DNA of 64,000 nucleotides from Patescibacteria group bacterium. GTDB taxonomy: Bacteria; Patescibacteriota; Patescibacteriia; 2-01-FULL-39-33. Position 1 is the stretch's first letter. Every line of letters begins with the position of its first letter. The notes beneath the pieces are model-generated. The model was not told the DNA's origin and made no database searches. It saw only the letters and a list, made by a program, of their open reading frames with translations. The position numbers were made by a program, and so were the translations under genes. Below, one piece after another: positions 9,278 to 17,520 of the stretch. The stretch is from the NCBI GenBank assembly GCA_041649575.1, contig JBAZMW010000002.1:148487-212486 (forward strand). Direction: 5' to 3'.

Positions 9278-10015
9278 ATGTTTCTGGTATTATTTTCCAT
9301 TCTGGTCTACCCAGTGGCCTTTGTCACCTTCGTCGTTTGCGCCTCAATCTACCTGGCGTTTGTCTTTGTCTTCAAGTCGCTGGGCTGGGAGCTGCAGTAC
9401 CTGGGGCCGTTGGTTCGGTTTCTGGCTCGCGTGATTCTCTTGAGTTGTGGCCAATGGCTCAAGGTTGGGGGCAACTGGCCCTCTCCGACTATCGGGCCTT
9501 GCATCTTTCTCTTCAACCACAGCTCTATCCTGGATGCTCTGGTGGCTGGCGCGGTGCTAAAAGGACGGTTCACTGGCGTGGCTGCCCAGGAGTATTTCTT
9601 TTGGCCGCTGTGGGGAACCATTATGCGCTGGCACAATATCATTCCCATCAAGCGCAAGTGCCACGACGAGGCCATAGAGAGCATGCGGCGGGCGGAAGAG
9701 GCGATAAAAAACGGCTGGTCAATAGGCGGCTTTCCCGAGGGCACCAGAAGCAAGACAGGAGAGTTGCAGCCGTTCAAAAAGGGCCTTTTCTATGTGGCCA
9801 AGGCCACGGGCGCGCCGATCGTGGTGATAGCCATCAAGGGGGCGTACCGTGCCAAGAGTCGCGTCGGTTGGTGTGTTCGGCCGGGAGTGATAACGGCCAC
9901 TATCGGCAAACCCTGGACCCTGTGGTCTAACGGAAAGCAACGGTATGCGGCCTTGTCGGTGGAAGAGTTAAGGCAACTGGCCGAAGGGCTCATGGCAACC
10001 ATGCTCGAAAGTTGA
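9278..10015 (+). CDS. plsC: 1-acyl-sn-glycerol-3-phosphate acyltransferase-like (PlsC/LPLAT family), GC-rich
   Basis: NHSSILD (H-x4-D) and FPEGTRS motifs. ATG at 9278 is preceded by GGAGGGAG; an alternative in-frame ATG is at 9263. Confidence 0.8.
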   Translation: MFLVLFSILVYPVAFVTFVVCASIYLAFVFVFKSLGWELQYLGPLVRFLARVILLSCGQWLKVGGNWPSPTIGPCIFLFNHSSILDALVAGAVLKGRFTGVAAQEYFFWPLWGTIMRWHNIIPIKRKCHDEAIESMRRAEEAIKNGWSIGGFPEGTRSKTGELQPFKKGLFYVAKATGAPIVVIAIKGAYRAKSRVGWCVRPGVITATIGKPWTLWSNGKQRYAALSVEELRQLAEGLMATMLES

Positions 10016-10045
10016 GCGTCAGGCGGTTCCCGCTAGCGTAAGTAT

Positions 10046-10075
10046 CCGGCAACAGCGATGTTTGCCGGTTTTTCT
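10046..10075 (+). terminator. Intrinsic terminator
   Basis: CCGGCAA / TTGCCGG stem followed by TTTTTCTTT. Confidence 0.7.
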
Positions 10076-10079
10076 TTAC

Positions 10080-10107
10080 TTGATAAAATCTCCTAATTTG
10101 TTATAAT
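10080..10107 (+). promoter_or_regulatory. alaS promoter: TTGATA, 16-nt spacer, TATAAT
   Basis: The -10 box ends 16 nt before the alaS ATG and there is no SD, so the leader is very short. Confidence 0.55.
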
Positions 10108-10123
10108 TCAGTCAAACATTTTT

Positions 10124-11941
10124 ATGACCGCCAAAGAACTCAAACAAAAATATTTAGAATTTTTTGAGCGCCACGGCCACCAGATTATTCCTGGCGCCTC
10201 ACTGATTCCGGAGAACGACCCGACGGTTTTATTTACCACGGCCGGCATGCATCCGCTCGTGCCTTATCTGCTTGGCGAAAAGCATCCCGCCGGCACACGC
10301 CTGGCCGATGTCCAAAAATGCATCAGGACCGGCGACATCGACAGCGTGGGCGACGACTGGCATCTGACTTTTTTTGAAATGCTGGGCAATTGGTCGCTGG
10401 GCGACCCCAAGGATCCCAAAGGGATCGGGGCAGGTTATTTCAAAAAAGAAGCCATTGAGATGAGTTTTGAATTTTTAACCAAAGAGTTAAATATACCTTT
10501 GGAAAAATTGGCGGTTTCTTGCTTCGCCGGCGATGATGATGCGCCAAAAGACGAAGAATCGGCGAGTGCTTGGCGTTCGCTGGGGATCAGTGACAAACGG
10601 ATTGCTTTTTTGAGTAAGGAAGATAATTGGTGGCCGGCCGGTGGCAAAATGCCCGGTCCTCAAGGCCCGGACACGGAGATGTTTTATTGGAACTCGGATG
10701 AGTCGGCGCCGGAAGATTTCGACCCACAGGACAAGCGCTGGGTGGAAATCTGGAATGATGTTTTTATGCAATATAACAAGGCCGCCGACGGCAGCTACCA
10801 GCCGCTGGTGCAACAAAATGTCGATACCGGCATGGGATTGGAGCGTACCGTTGCTATCTTAAACGGCAAAAAAAGCGTCTACGAAATCGAGCCGCTCTTA
10901 ACCGTTTGTTCGCAAGTAACGGCTTTATTCGAGAGCACCCTGGAAGAACTGGAAGCCGAACAAACCAAAGCCGTCAGAATCATTGCCGATCATTTGCGCG
11001 CCGCCGTCTTTATTTTGGCCGAGAGCGTGGCGCCCTCCAACGTTGAACGTGGCTATGTCCTGCGCCGGCTGATTCGGCGCGCTATTCGCTATGGCAAGCA
11101 ACTGGGCATCAAAGACGCTTTCACTGCCAAAGTGGCCGAAGTGGTCATCGCGCAAATGGGCGGATTTTATAAGGAACTAAGAGAACAGCGAGATTTCATT
11201 ATCGATGAATTAAACAACGAAGAAGAAAAGTTTAGCGCTACTTTAGAAAACGGCTTAAAAAAGTTTGAAAAATTAAAAATTGACGAGCAAAAAAAGATCA
11301 GCGGCCAAGATGCTTTTATTCTTTTTTCCACTTATGGTTTCCCTTTGGAGATTACCAAAGACTTGGCCACCGAGCGCGGTTGGCAAGTTGACGAAGAAAA
11401 TTTTAATCTAGAATTTGCCAAGCATCAGGACATTTCCCGAAAAGGCGCCGAGCAAAAATTCAAGGGCGGTTTGGCCGATAATAGCGAAGTGACGGCCAAG
11501 ATGCATACCGCCACGCATTTGATGTTGGCGGCTTTGCGCCGGGTGTTGGGCGATCACGTTTACCAAAAAGGTGCCAACATCACCAGCGAGCGCATTCGCT
11601 TTGATTTTTCCCATGGCGAAAAAATGACAGCAGAACAAATCAAGCAAGTGGAAGACTTGGTCAATGAACAAATTAATAAAAAGATTCCCGTGGTCTGCGA
11701 AGAAATGACGCTAGAAGAAGCCAAGGAGAGGGGAGCGATGGGAGTTTTTAAAAATAAATACGGCGAGCGGGTTAAGGTTTATACCGTCGGCGATCCCTCG
11801 GCAGGATCGGGACAGGTTTTTTCCAAAGAGATTTGCGGCGGTCCGCATGCCGCCAACACCGGTGATCTGGGCCACTTCAAAATCCAAAAAGAAGAATCCA
11901 GCTCCGCCGGAGTCAGAAGAATTAAGGCGGTTCTGGAGTGA
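10124..11941 (+). CDS. alaS: Alanine--tRNA ligase, short form ending after the editing domain (no C-Ala domain)
   Basis: FTTAGMHPLVPY, editing-site HTATHL and CGGPH. 605 aa, versus about 870 aa in typical bacteria. Confidence 0.9.
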   Translation: MTAKELKQKYLEFFERHGHQIIPGASLIPENDPTVLFTTAGMHPLVPYLLGEKHPAGTRLADVQKCIRTGDIDSVGDDWHLTFFEMLGNWSLGDPKDPKGIGAGYFKKEAIEMSFEFLTKELNIPLEKLAVSCFAGDDDAPKDEESASAWRSLGISDKRIAFLSKEDNWWPAGGKMPGPQGPDTEMFYWNSDESAPEDFDPQDKRWVEIWNDVFMQYNKAADGSYQPLVQQNVDTGMGLERTVAILNGKKSVYEIEPLLTVCSQVTALFESTLEELEAEQTKAVRIIADHLRAAVFILAESVAPSNVERGYVLRRLIRRAIRYGKQLGIKDAFTAKVAEVVIAQMGGFYKELREQRDFIIDELNNEEEKFSATLENGLKKFEKLKIDEQKKISGQDAFILFSTYGFPLEITKDLATERGWQVDEENFNLEFAKHQDISRKGAEQKFKGGLADNSEVTAKMHTATHLMLAALRRVLGDHVYQKGANITSERIRFDFSHGEKMTAEQIKQVEDLVNEQINKKIPVVCEEMTLEEAKERGAMGVFKNKYGERVKVYTVGDPSAGSGQVFSKEICGGPHAANTGDLGHFKIQKEESSSAGVRRIKAVLE

Positions 11942-12018
11942 GTTTTTGGTATAATATAGAGTTCTATAAAATAAAACATTTATTTGGAAAGGCAGTGTTG
12001 CCTTTTTGTTTTCATTTC

Positions 12019-12174
12019 TGCGAGCGCATGAAAATTTAGCAACAAAACAGGCGGAGTTCGAGCGTAAATTTTAATTTGTTTGAGCAAAAGCCACCAGTAA
12101 ACTGGTGGCTTTTGCGAGTTATTAAAATTAGCGAGAACAACCCTGTTTTGTCTAAATTTTCATTTAGCTCGCGC
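12019..12174. repeat. Long imperfect palindrome, copy L1 (~156 nt, MITE-like or structured RNA)
   Basis: Arms GCGAGCGCATGAAAATTTAGCAACAAAACAGG... and ...CCTGTTTTGTCTAAATTTTCATTTAGCTCGCGC, centred on CCACCAGTAAACTGGTGG (12091-12108). Confidence 0.75.
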
Positions 12175-12185
12175 TTTTTTCTTTT

Positions 12186-12226
12186 GTGTCAGCTTTTCTT
12201 TTTACTAAAAAAAGAAAAGCTGACAC
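12186..12226. repeat. A/T-rich perfect hairpin H1 (GTGTCAGCTTTTCTTTTT...AAAAAGAAAAGCTGACAC)
   Basis: Perfect inverted repeat. Related left arms occur at 22159 and 24649. Confidence 0.7.
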
Positions 12227-12252
12227 AAAAAAAGAGTATATTTAATAAACTA

Positions 12253-12281
12253 TTGACAGAATTCTAATTATATGCTATTAT
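12253..12281 (+). promoter_or_regulatory. Promoter: TTGACA, 17-nt spacer, TATTAT
   Basis: TTGACA at 12253-12258 and TATTAT at 12276-12281, upstream of the GC-rich two-gene unit. Confidence 0.55.
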
Positions 12282-12357
12282 AATAAGAAGTACCTTTTAC
12301 CACTGTGAGCTGGCCGACTTAGTCGGAAAACTAAGAACGAAGAAGGAGAAACACATC

Positions 12358-12714
12358 ATGAGTCAAAAGACTGGCATACTATTGCTGCTGTTGCGGCCGA
12401 AAGACGGAGCGGCCGTCTTCTTGGACTGGACCCAGAACGCCCTCTTCATGCTGGAGAGCGCGAGTGCCACAGGCGTTTCGCCGTTGGCCGAGAGGGAAGA
12501 TCTGGCCAAGTGTATGAAGGGTTACGAGCTGTGTCCCGCGCTTGGCTACGGCCTATGCGCCAGGTGCCCTATGTCAGTCACCGGCGGTGCTCTCTGTAAT
12601 TTCTGGGCTTCCCAGGGATTCGCCCGCGTGCTCGACGCGCGCACAGAAGAGGAGGCGACCTTTGCCGATCTCGATGCCATGCGCGCCGCGCTCACCGCTT
12701 CCATTACCGGCTGA
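12358..12714 (+). CDS. GC-rich orphan protein, 118 aa
   Basis: AAGGAG SD 9 nt upstream of the ATG. Contains CARCP and other Cys residues. No recognised domain. Confidence 0.55.
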   Translation: MSQKTGILLLLLRPKDGAAVFLDWTQNALFMLESASATGVSPLAEREDLAKCMKGYELCPALGYGLCARCPMSVTGGALCNFWASQGFARVLDARTEEEATFADLDAMRAALTASITG

Positions 12715-12729
12715 AAGGAGAACACGGAC

Positions 12730-13107
12730 ATGCCAACGGTACAAGTGGCCGCGATAAATCTGCCGGCTGGCGCCTTCCTTTTCTTCTATCCGGAACACGC
12801 CACCCCCCAGTACCTTCTGTACAAGAATATCTGGCTGGGACAGACGATGTTCAGGCAGAAGCTAAACGAAGACGAACTTCAGGCTCTCCTCGCCGCCGGT
12901 CGAAATGGGTGGGAGGAAGTGGGCGAGGTGACTCGACGAGAGTTGCAGGCCGCGGATCTCTCTGGACTGGTTCGCAATCTCAAGACCAGGTGCGTCTGGC
13001 CCGAGAATGCGACCGCGTCAATCGCTGTCAGTCCTGACTGCAGCGGACGATGCTCGGAGTGTCGCGGGTGCTATAGCGACATGGAGCCAGTCACAGTAGA
13101 GCGATAG
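12730..13107 (+). CDS. GC-rich orphan protein, 125 aa, with a C-terminal Cys cluster
   Basis: AAGGAG SD 9 nt upstream. C-terminal CSGRCSECRGC (C-x3-C-x2-C-x2-C). Confidence 0.55.
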   Translation: MPTVQVAAINLPAGAFLFFYPEHATPQYLLYKNIWLGQTMFRQKLNEDELQALLAAGRNGWEEVGEVTRRELQAADLSGLVRNLKTRCVWPENATASIAVSPDCSGRCSECRGCYSDMEPVTVER

Positions 13108-13129
13108 TCACACTGTGGTTCGTATCCGG

Positions 13130-13170
13130 GGGTTGTTGGTCGAGAAAGACCGGCAACCCTCTTTTTTTTT
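13130..13170 (+). terminator. Intrinsic terminator
   Basis: GGGTTGTTGGTC / GACCGGCAACCC stem followed by a T-run (about 10 T). Confidence 0.8.
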
Positions 13171-13238
13171 ATTTAAATTTTAGAATCCCATTATTTCCTT
13201 GACATTTTTCGGTTCTTGCTTTAAAATACTTAAAGTTG

Positions 13239-13266
13239 TTGACAAATTAATCAAAATTGCTATAAT
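13239..13266 (+). promoter_or_regulatory. infA operon promoter: TTGACA, 16-nt spacer, TATAAT
   Basis: TTGACA at 13239-13244 and TATAAT at 13261-13266. Confidence 0.55.
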
Positions 13267-13378
13267 TAGCTTGAGCTTAAAAGTTTCAAAATTTAGCTTA
13301 ATTAGTGTAAAATTCTAGGCCGACTAGAAGCTTATAAGTTGCCAAGAATTTTATTTTTATCTAAAATATTTAAGCTGC

Positions 13379-13618
13379 ATGAATCAAAAACAAGGCAATA
13401 CCCCCGATTCCAAAGATTTTTTGGAAGTCGATGGAGAAGTACTGGAGCTTTTGCCGGCCGCCAGTTTCCGGGTGAAGCTGGAAAGCGGCCCGGAAATTTT
13501 GGCCCACTTGTCAGGCAAAATGAGGATGTTTAACATCCGCATCCTGCCCGGCGATCGCGTCAAGATCCAGATGACTCCTTACGATTTGACTCGGGGCAGG
13601 ATAATCTACCGTTATTAA
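13379..13618 (+). CDS. infA: Translation initiation factor IF-1
   Basis: S1-like core: [58 protein letters not shown]. Confidence 0.93.
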   Translation: MNQKQGNTPDSKDFLEVDGEVLELLPAASFRVKLESGPEILAHLSGKMRMFNIRILPGDRVKIQMTPYDLTRGRIIYRY

Positions 13619-13623
13619 AAATT

Positions 13624-13737
13624 ATGAAAGTCAGATCATCGGTAAAAAAAATCTGCAAAGATTGCAAGCTTGTCCGTCGCAAAAAACGGCTGGTTGTCAT
13701 TTGCAAAAACCCTAAACATAAACAAAGACAGGGCTAG
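13624..13737 (+). CDS. rpmJ: 50S ribosomal protein L36 (37 aa, absent from the ORF track)
   Basis: My translation is [37 protein letters not shown]. It sits in the canonical infA-rpmJ-rpsM position. Confidence 0.92.
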   Translation: MKVRSSVKKICKDCKLVRRKKRLVVICKNPKHKQRQG

Positions 13738-13743
13738 TGGCAG

Positions 13744-13843
13744 ATGGCTTGTGGCATATAGCAAATAGTTAAAACTAAAAAACTATAAGCTATATACTAT
13801 ACGCTATAAGCCATTTGCTATACGCTAATAAATATTATGGCTT
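13744..13843 (+). promoter_or_regulatory. Candidate structured leader of rpsM with a start-codon-masking element
   Basis: ATGGCTT occurs at 13744-13750 and again at the rpsM start (13837-13843). AAGCCAT at 13808-13814 is complementary to both. GGCATATAGCAAAT (13753-13766) is partly complementary to ATTTGCTATA (13813-13822). Confidence 0.3.
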
Positions 13844-14229
13844 TAAGAATTGCCGGTACAACTCTGCCAAACGACAAGCGCATCGAAGTGGGCTTGACTT
13901 ATATTTTCGGCATCGGCCGCAATTTGGCCGTCAAGATTTTGGCCGAAGCCAAAGTCAGTCCCGATATTCGCGTCAAGAACTTGAGCGAAGAGCAAGCCAA
14001 TAAGCTAAGAGTTATTGTCGAAAAGAATTATCGGGTTGAAGGTGAATTAAAAAGAGAAATTTTGGGTAATATCAAAAGATTAAAGGAAATCAAGGCTTAT
14101 CGCGGCACCCGTCATGCCAGAGGCTTGCCGGCTCGCGGCCAACGCACCAAGACCAACAATCGCACCGTGCGGGGCAATGTCAGAAAAACCATGGGTTCGG
14201 GCAAGAAACCGTCCGCTCAGAAGACTTAA
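13837..14229 (+). CDS. rpsM: 30S ribosomal protein S13
   Basis: [27 protein letters not shown]... and the conserved operon position. Confidence 0.93.
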   Translation: MALRIAGTTLPNDKRIEVGLTYIFGIGRNLAVKILAEAKVSPDIRVKNLSEEQANKLRVIVEKNYRVEGELKREILGNIKRLKEIKAYRGTRHARGLPARGQRTKTNNRTVRGNVRKTMGSGKKPSAQKT

Positions 14230-14241
14230 TTTATTATCAAC

Positions 14242-14712
14242 ATGACCGAAGAAACAAATCCAATCGAAGAAGCTGCTAAGAGCGCTCCTGTGGCCGAAAA
14301 AGAAAGCGCGGCTGCTGGCAAAAAAGTTATCAAGCCCAGAGCCAAAAAAACCGTCGCTTATCGCCAGGTGAGCTCCGGCCGTGTTTATGTTAAGGCCAGC
14401 TACAACAATACCATGGTGACTTTTACCGATCAGAACGGCAATGTCTTGTCCTGGTCTTCGGCGGGCCAATGCGGCTTTAAGGGTCCCAAAAAAGCTACGC
14501 CCTATGCCGCCACCATTATCGTCAAAAATTGTTTTGAAAAGGTCAAAAATTACGGTTTGAAAGAAGTGGCAGTCTTTGTTAAAGGCATTGGCGGCGGCCG
14601 GGAAGCGGCCATTCGCGCCTTAAATGCCAACGGTTTGATTGTCACCGGCATTAAGGATGTCACTCCCATTCCTCACAACGGTTGCCGTCCCAAGAAACCG
14701 CGGCGCGTCTAA
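14242..14712 (+). CDS. rpsK: 30S ribosomal protein S11 with an N-terminal extension
   Basis: VYVKASYNNTMVTFTDQNGN and PHNGCRPKKPRRV. Confidence 0.93.
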   Translation: MTEETNPIEEAAKSAPVAEKESAAAGKKVIKPRAKKTVAYRQVSSGRVYVKASYNNTMVTFTDQNGNVLSWSSAGQCGFKGPKKATPYAATIIVKNCFEKVKNYGLKEVAVFVKGIGGGREAAIRALNANGLIVTGIKDVTPIPHNGCRPKKPRRV

Positions 14713-14727
14713 TCCTATAAATTATTT

Positions 14728-15330
14728 ATGAAAAAGAGTACTCACAAAGCCTGCCGTCGTTATGGCGTTAAACTGTGCCAATCGGATAAGTGCCCGGTCA
14801 TCAGACGCAATTATCCGCCGGGCATGCATGGTCCTAAAGGCGCCAGAAAACTCACCGAATACGGCCGGCAACTGGCCGAGAAGCAAAAAGCCAAGATTGT
14901 TTATGGTTTAAGAGAGAAACAGTTTGCCAATTATTTTGACGCCGCTTTTAAGAAAGTCGGCAACACCGCCGAACTGTTGTTTAAGCTTTTGGAAAGCCGT
15001 CTGGACAACGTGGTCTATCGGTTCGGCTTTGCCAAAACCAGGACTCAAGCCAGGCAACTGGTCAGCCACGGCCACGTTGAGGTTAACGGCAAGAAAGTCG
15101 ACATCCCTTCTTTTCAAACCAAAATCGGCGATGCCATTTCCCTTAGAGAAAAAACTTTGAAAACCAACGCTTTTGCCAATTTAGCCGAAGCGCTCAAAGA
15201 CAAAGAAGTCATGTCCTGGCTTAGTTTAGACGCCAAGGAACTAAAGGGTAAAATAGTCGATCTGCCTAAATTAGGCGAAGTGGAAATGAATATCGACTGG
15301 CGCATGATTGTCGAATTTTATTCCAAATAA
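14728..15330 (+). CDS. rpsD: 30S ribosomal protein S4
   Basis: YGRQLAEKQKAK, LESRLDNVVYR, and the S4 domain QLVSHGHVEVNGKKV. Confidence 0.93.
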   Translation: MKKSTHKACRRYGVKLCQSDKCPVIRRNYPPGMHGPKGARKLTEYGRQLAEKQKAKIVYGLREKQFANYFDAAFKKVGNTAELLFKLLESRLDNVVYRFGFAKTRTQARQLVSHGHVEVNGKKVDIPSFQTKIGDAISLREKTLKTNAFANLAEALKDKEVMSWLSLDAKELKGKIVDLPKLGEVEMNIDWRMIVEFYSK

Positions 15331-15388
15331 AAAGTTATTTTAAAAATATTAAAATATAAATTAATTAGCTTAAGGAGGAATAAAAATT

Positions 15389-16261
15389 ATGAAATATATT
15401 TCCTTGCCAAAGAAATTCATTGTTGAGGAAGAGGCCAGAGGCACCAAGGCGAAGATCATCATCGAGCCCTGTTATCCCGGCTACGGCTTGACTTTGGGCA
15501 ATGCCTTAAGACGGGTGATGCTGTCTTCTCTGCCGGGCGGCGCTGTCACCGCTGTTAAAATCAAGGGAGTGGGTCATGAGTTTAGCGCCATAAAAAATGT
15601 TTCCGAAGACGTTGTCGATATTATTTTGAACTTAAAGCAGTTGCGCATCAAGGTTTATGCCGATGAACCGGTGACTTTGCAGCTCAAAGCCAGGGGCGAA
15701 AAAAAGGTTACTGGCGCCGATATCGAGCCTTCTTCCGACGCCGAGGTTATTAACAAAGATTGTTTTATTGCCAGCCTCAATGATAAAGACGGCGAGCTGG
15801 AGATGGAGCTGACTGTTGCCAAGGGAGTCGGCTATGTGCCTACCGAAGAACAAGTAAAAAGCAAGGGCAAAGGCGAGATTGGTTTGATTTTGGTCGATTC
15901 TATTTTTACGCCGGTTCTTAATGTTCGTCTGAACATCGAAGCCACTCGTGTTGGTCAGCGCGTCGATTATGACAAGATTGTTTTGGAAATAGAAACAGAC
16001 GGGACCATTTCCCCAGAAGAAGCGTTGCAGAAAGCCGCCGAAATCCTGGCCAATCAGTTCAGCTGGCTGATGGAAGGCGGCAGGCAGGAATTGGTCGAAG
16101 TTGATCTGGAAGCGCCGGTGGCTTTGCCGGAAAACAAAGAAGCGGAGTTATTAAAGGAAGTCGCTTCGTCAGACGGTTTGGACGAAAGCCAAGTAGCGGC
16201 CGAGACAGAAGTTGTCGAAGACAAACCCAAAAAACGAGGTCGTCCCAAGAAAGTTGAATAA
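15389..16261 (+). CDS. rpoA: RNA polymerase alpha subunit: N-terminal domain only, acidic tail ending in an AT-hook
   Basis: GYGLTLGNALRRVMLSSLPG. No helix-hairpin-helix CTD is recognisable. The tail ends KPKKRGRPKKVE. AAGGAGG SD upstream. Confidence 0.9.
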   Translation: MKYISLPKKFIVEEEARGTKAKIIIEPCYPGYGLTLGNALRRVMLSSLPGGAVTAVKIKGVGHEFSAIKNVSEDVVDIILNLKQLRIKVYADEPVTLQLKARGEKKVTGADIEPSSDAEVINKDCFIASLNDKDGELEMELTVAKGVGYVPTEEQVKSKGKGEIGLILVDSIFTPVLNVRLNIEATRVGQRVDYDKIVLEIETDGTISPEEALQKAAEILANQFSWLMEGGRQELVEVDLEAPVALPENKEAELLKEVASSDGLDESQVAAETEVVEDKPKKRGRPKKVE

Positions 16262-16270
16262 AGCGTTTTT

Positions 16271-16621
16271 ATGAAACATCAGAAAAGAGGAAAAACTTTA
16301 GGCAGAACCAGATCGGTGCGTGAAGCGTTGATGAGAAATCTAACGACCAGTTTTATAATTTATGAAAAAATAAAAACCACCAAAGCCAAAGCCAAACTAT
16401 TGAGGCCTAAAGTGGAAAAGCTGATTACTTTGTCCAAGCATGACACCCTGACCAATCGGCGACAGGCCTTAAGGGTTTTATATTTTGATAAAGCGGTCAA
16501 AAAATTGTTTGAGGTTTTGGGTCCTCGGTATCAAGAAAGAAATAGCGGCTATACCAGGATTGTCAAGTTGCCGCCGCGCAAAGGCGATGCCGCTGAAATG
16601 GCAATTTTGGAATTAGTTTAA
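16271..16621 (+). CDS. rplQ: 50S ribosomal protein L17
   Basis: MKHQKRGKTLGRTRSVREALMRNL and YTRIVKLPPRKGD. Confidence 0.92.
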   Translation: MKHQKRGKTLGRTRSVREALMRNLTTSFIIYEKIKTTKAKAKLLRPKVEKLITLSKHDTLTNRRQALRVLYFDKAVKKLFEVLGPRYQERNSGYTRIVKLPPRKGDAAEMAILELV

Positions 16622-16628
16622 TTCAAGT

Positions 16629-16985
16629 ATGAAAAAAATAGAAAGAAAAATTCATTCACTAGATGCCAGCGGCCGGCCGCTGGGCCGATTGGCCAGTCAG
16701 GTGGCGATGATTTTGATGGGCAAAAATCGGCCCGATTATCAGCCCCAATTGGATAACGGCGATATAGTAGAAGTTGTTAATTGCGATAAAATCAAGCTGA
16801 CCGGTAAAAAGCTGGAGCAGAAGGAATATATCTGGCATTCTCATCATCCGGGCGGCTTAAAACGCAAGAAAGTCAAATTGGTTTTGGCGGCAGATCCGGG
16901 AGAAGTCTTGCGCCGGGCGGTAGTCGGCATGTTGCCCAAAAACCGGTTGCAACGGCCGCGGCTTAAACGCCTGAAAATAAAATAA
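16629..16985 (+). CDS. rplM: 50S ribosomal protein L13 (short, 118 aa)
   Basis: DASGRPLGRLASQVAMILMGK and GMLPKNRL. Confidence 0.9.
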   Translation: MKKIERKIHSLDASGRPLGRLASQVAMILMGKNRPDYQPQLDNGDIVEVVNCDKIKLTGKKLEQKEYIWHSHHPGGLKRKKVKLVLAADPGEVLRRAVVGMLPKNRLQRPRLKRLKIK

Positions 16986-16992
16986 TTTTATT

Positions 16993-17433
16993 ATGGAGAA
17001 AGAAAAAAAAGAGAAAATAGAAAAAGAAAAGAAGGTGGTTAAGAATAAGTATCTTTATGCCAAAGGCGCCAGAAAAACCTCGGTAGCCCAGGTGCGTTTG
17101 TATAGAAAGGGTAGCGGCAATTTTGAAGTTAATGGCAAAAAGTTTAATGAATATTTTAGAACCGAAAATCTGCAGAGAATTTTTTTGGCCGCTTTGACTG
17201 CCGTCAACCATCTGCAAGATATTGACCTTACTATCAAAACCCAGGGCGGCGGAATCACCTCGCAGTCGCAGGCTTGCCGACATGGCATTGCTCGCGCCTT
17301 GGTTGAACTGGATAAGGAATTGCGGCCGCTCTTAAGAGCCGAAGGCTTTTTGACCCGCGATCCGCGCGTCAAAGAAAGAAAGAAACCGGGCCTGAAGCGC
17401 GCCAGAAAAGCGCCGCAATGGAGCAAACGTTAA
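16993..17433 (+). CDS. rpsI: 30S ribosomal protein S9 with a Lys/Glu-rich N-terminal extension
   Basis: GARKTSVAQVRLY, GGGITSQSQACRHGIARAL and KKPGLKRARKAPQWSKR. Confidence 0.92.
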   Translation: MEKEKKEKIEKEKKVVKNKYLYAKGARKTSVAQVRLYRKGSGNFEVNGKKFNEYFRTENLQRIFLAALTAVNHLQDIDLTIKTQGGGITSQSQACRHGIARALVELDKELRPLLRAEGFLTRDPRVKERKKPGLKRARKAPQWSKR

Positions 17434-17446
17434 GGGAAAATTTATC

Positions 17447-17479
17447 AGCTGGGGCCAAAATTGGCCCCAGCTTTTTTTA
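17447..17479 (+). terminator. Intrinsic terminator
   Basis: AGCTGGGGCCAA / TTGGCCCCAGCT stem followed by T7. Confidence 0.85.
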
Positions 17480-17520
17480 TTATTGTTAATCTGTTAGAAT
17501 TACTTTAGTTTTAAGCAGCT

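Noticed and set aside
8104-10002. Many overlapping ORFs in alternative frames of the GC-rich units (for example 8373-8645, 8883-9221, 9337-9930, 9349-9777)
   Set aside because: Stop codons are rare in GC-rich DNA, so open frames are expected. Only the frames with a properly spaced SD, and family motifs in the PlsC case, were kept.
12076-12267. ORFs lying inside the palindromic elements (12076-12267, 22240-22449 minus, 24818-25099 minus)
   Set aside because: They run through inverted-repeat arms, lack SDs and have odd composition. They are better explained as by-products of the repeats.
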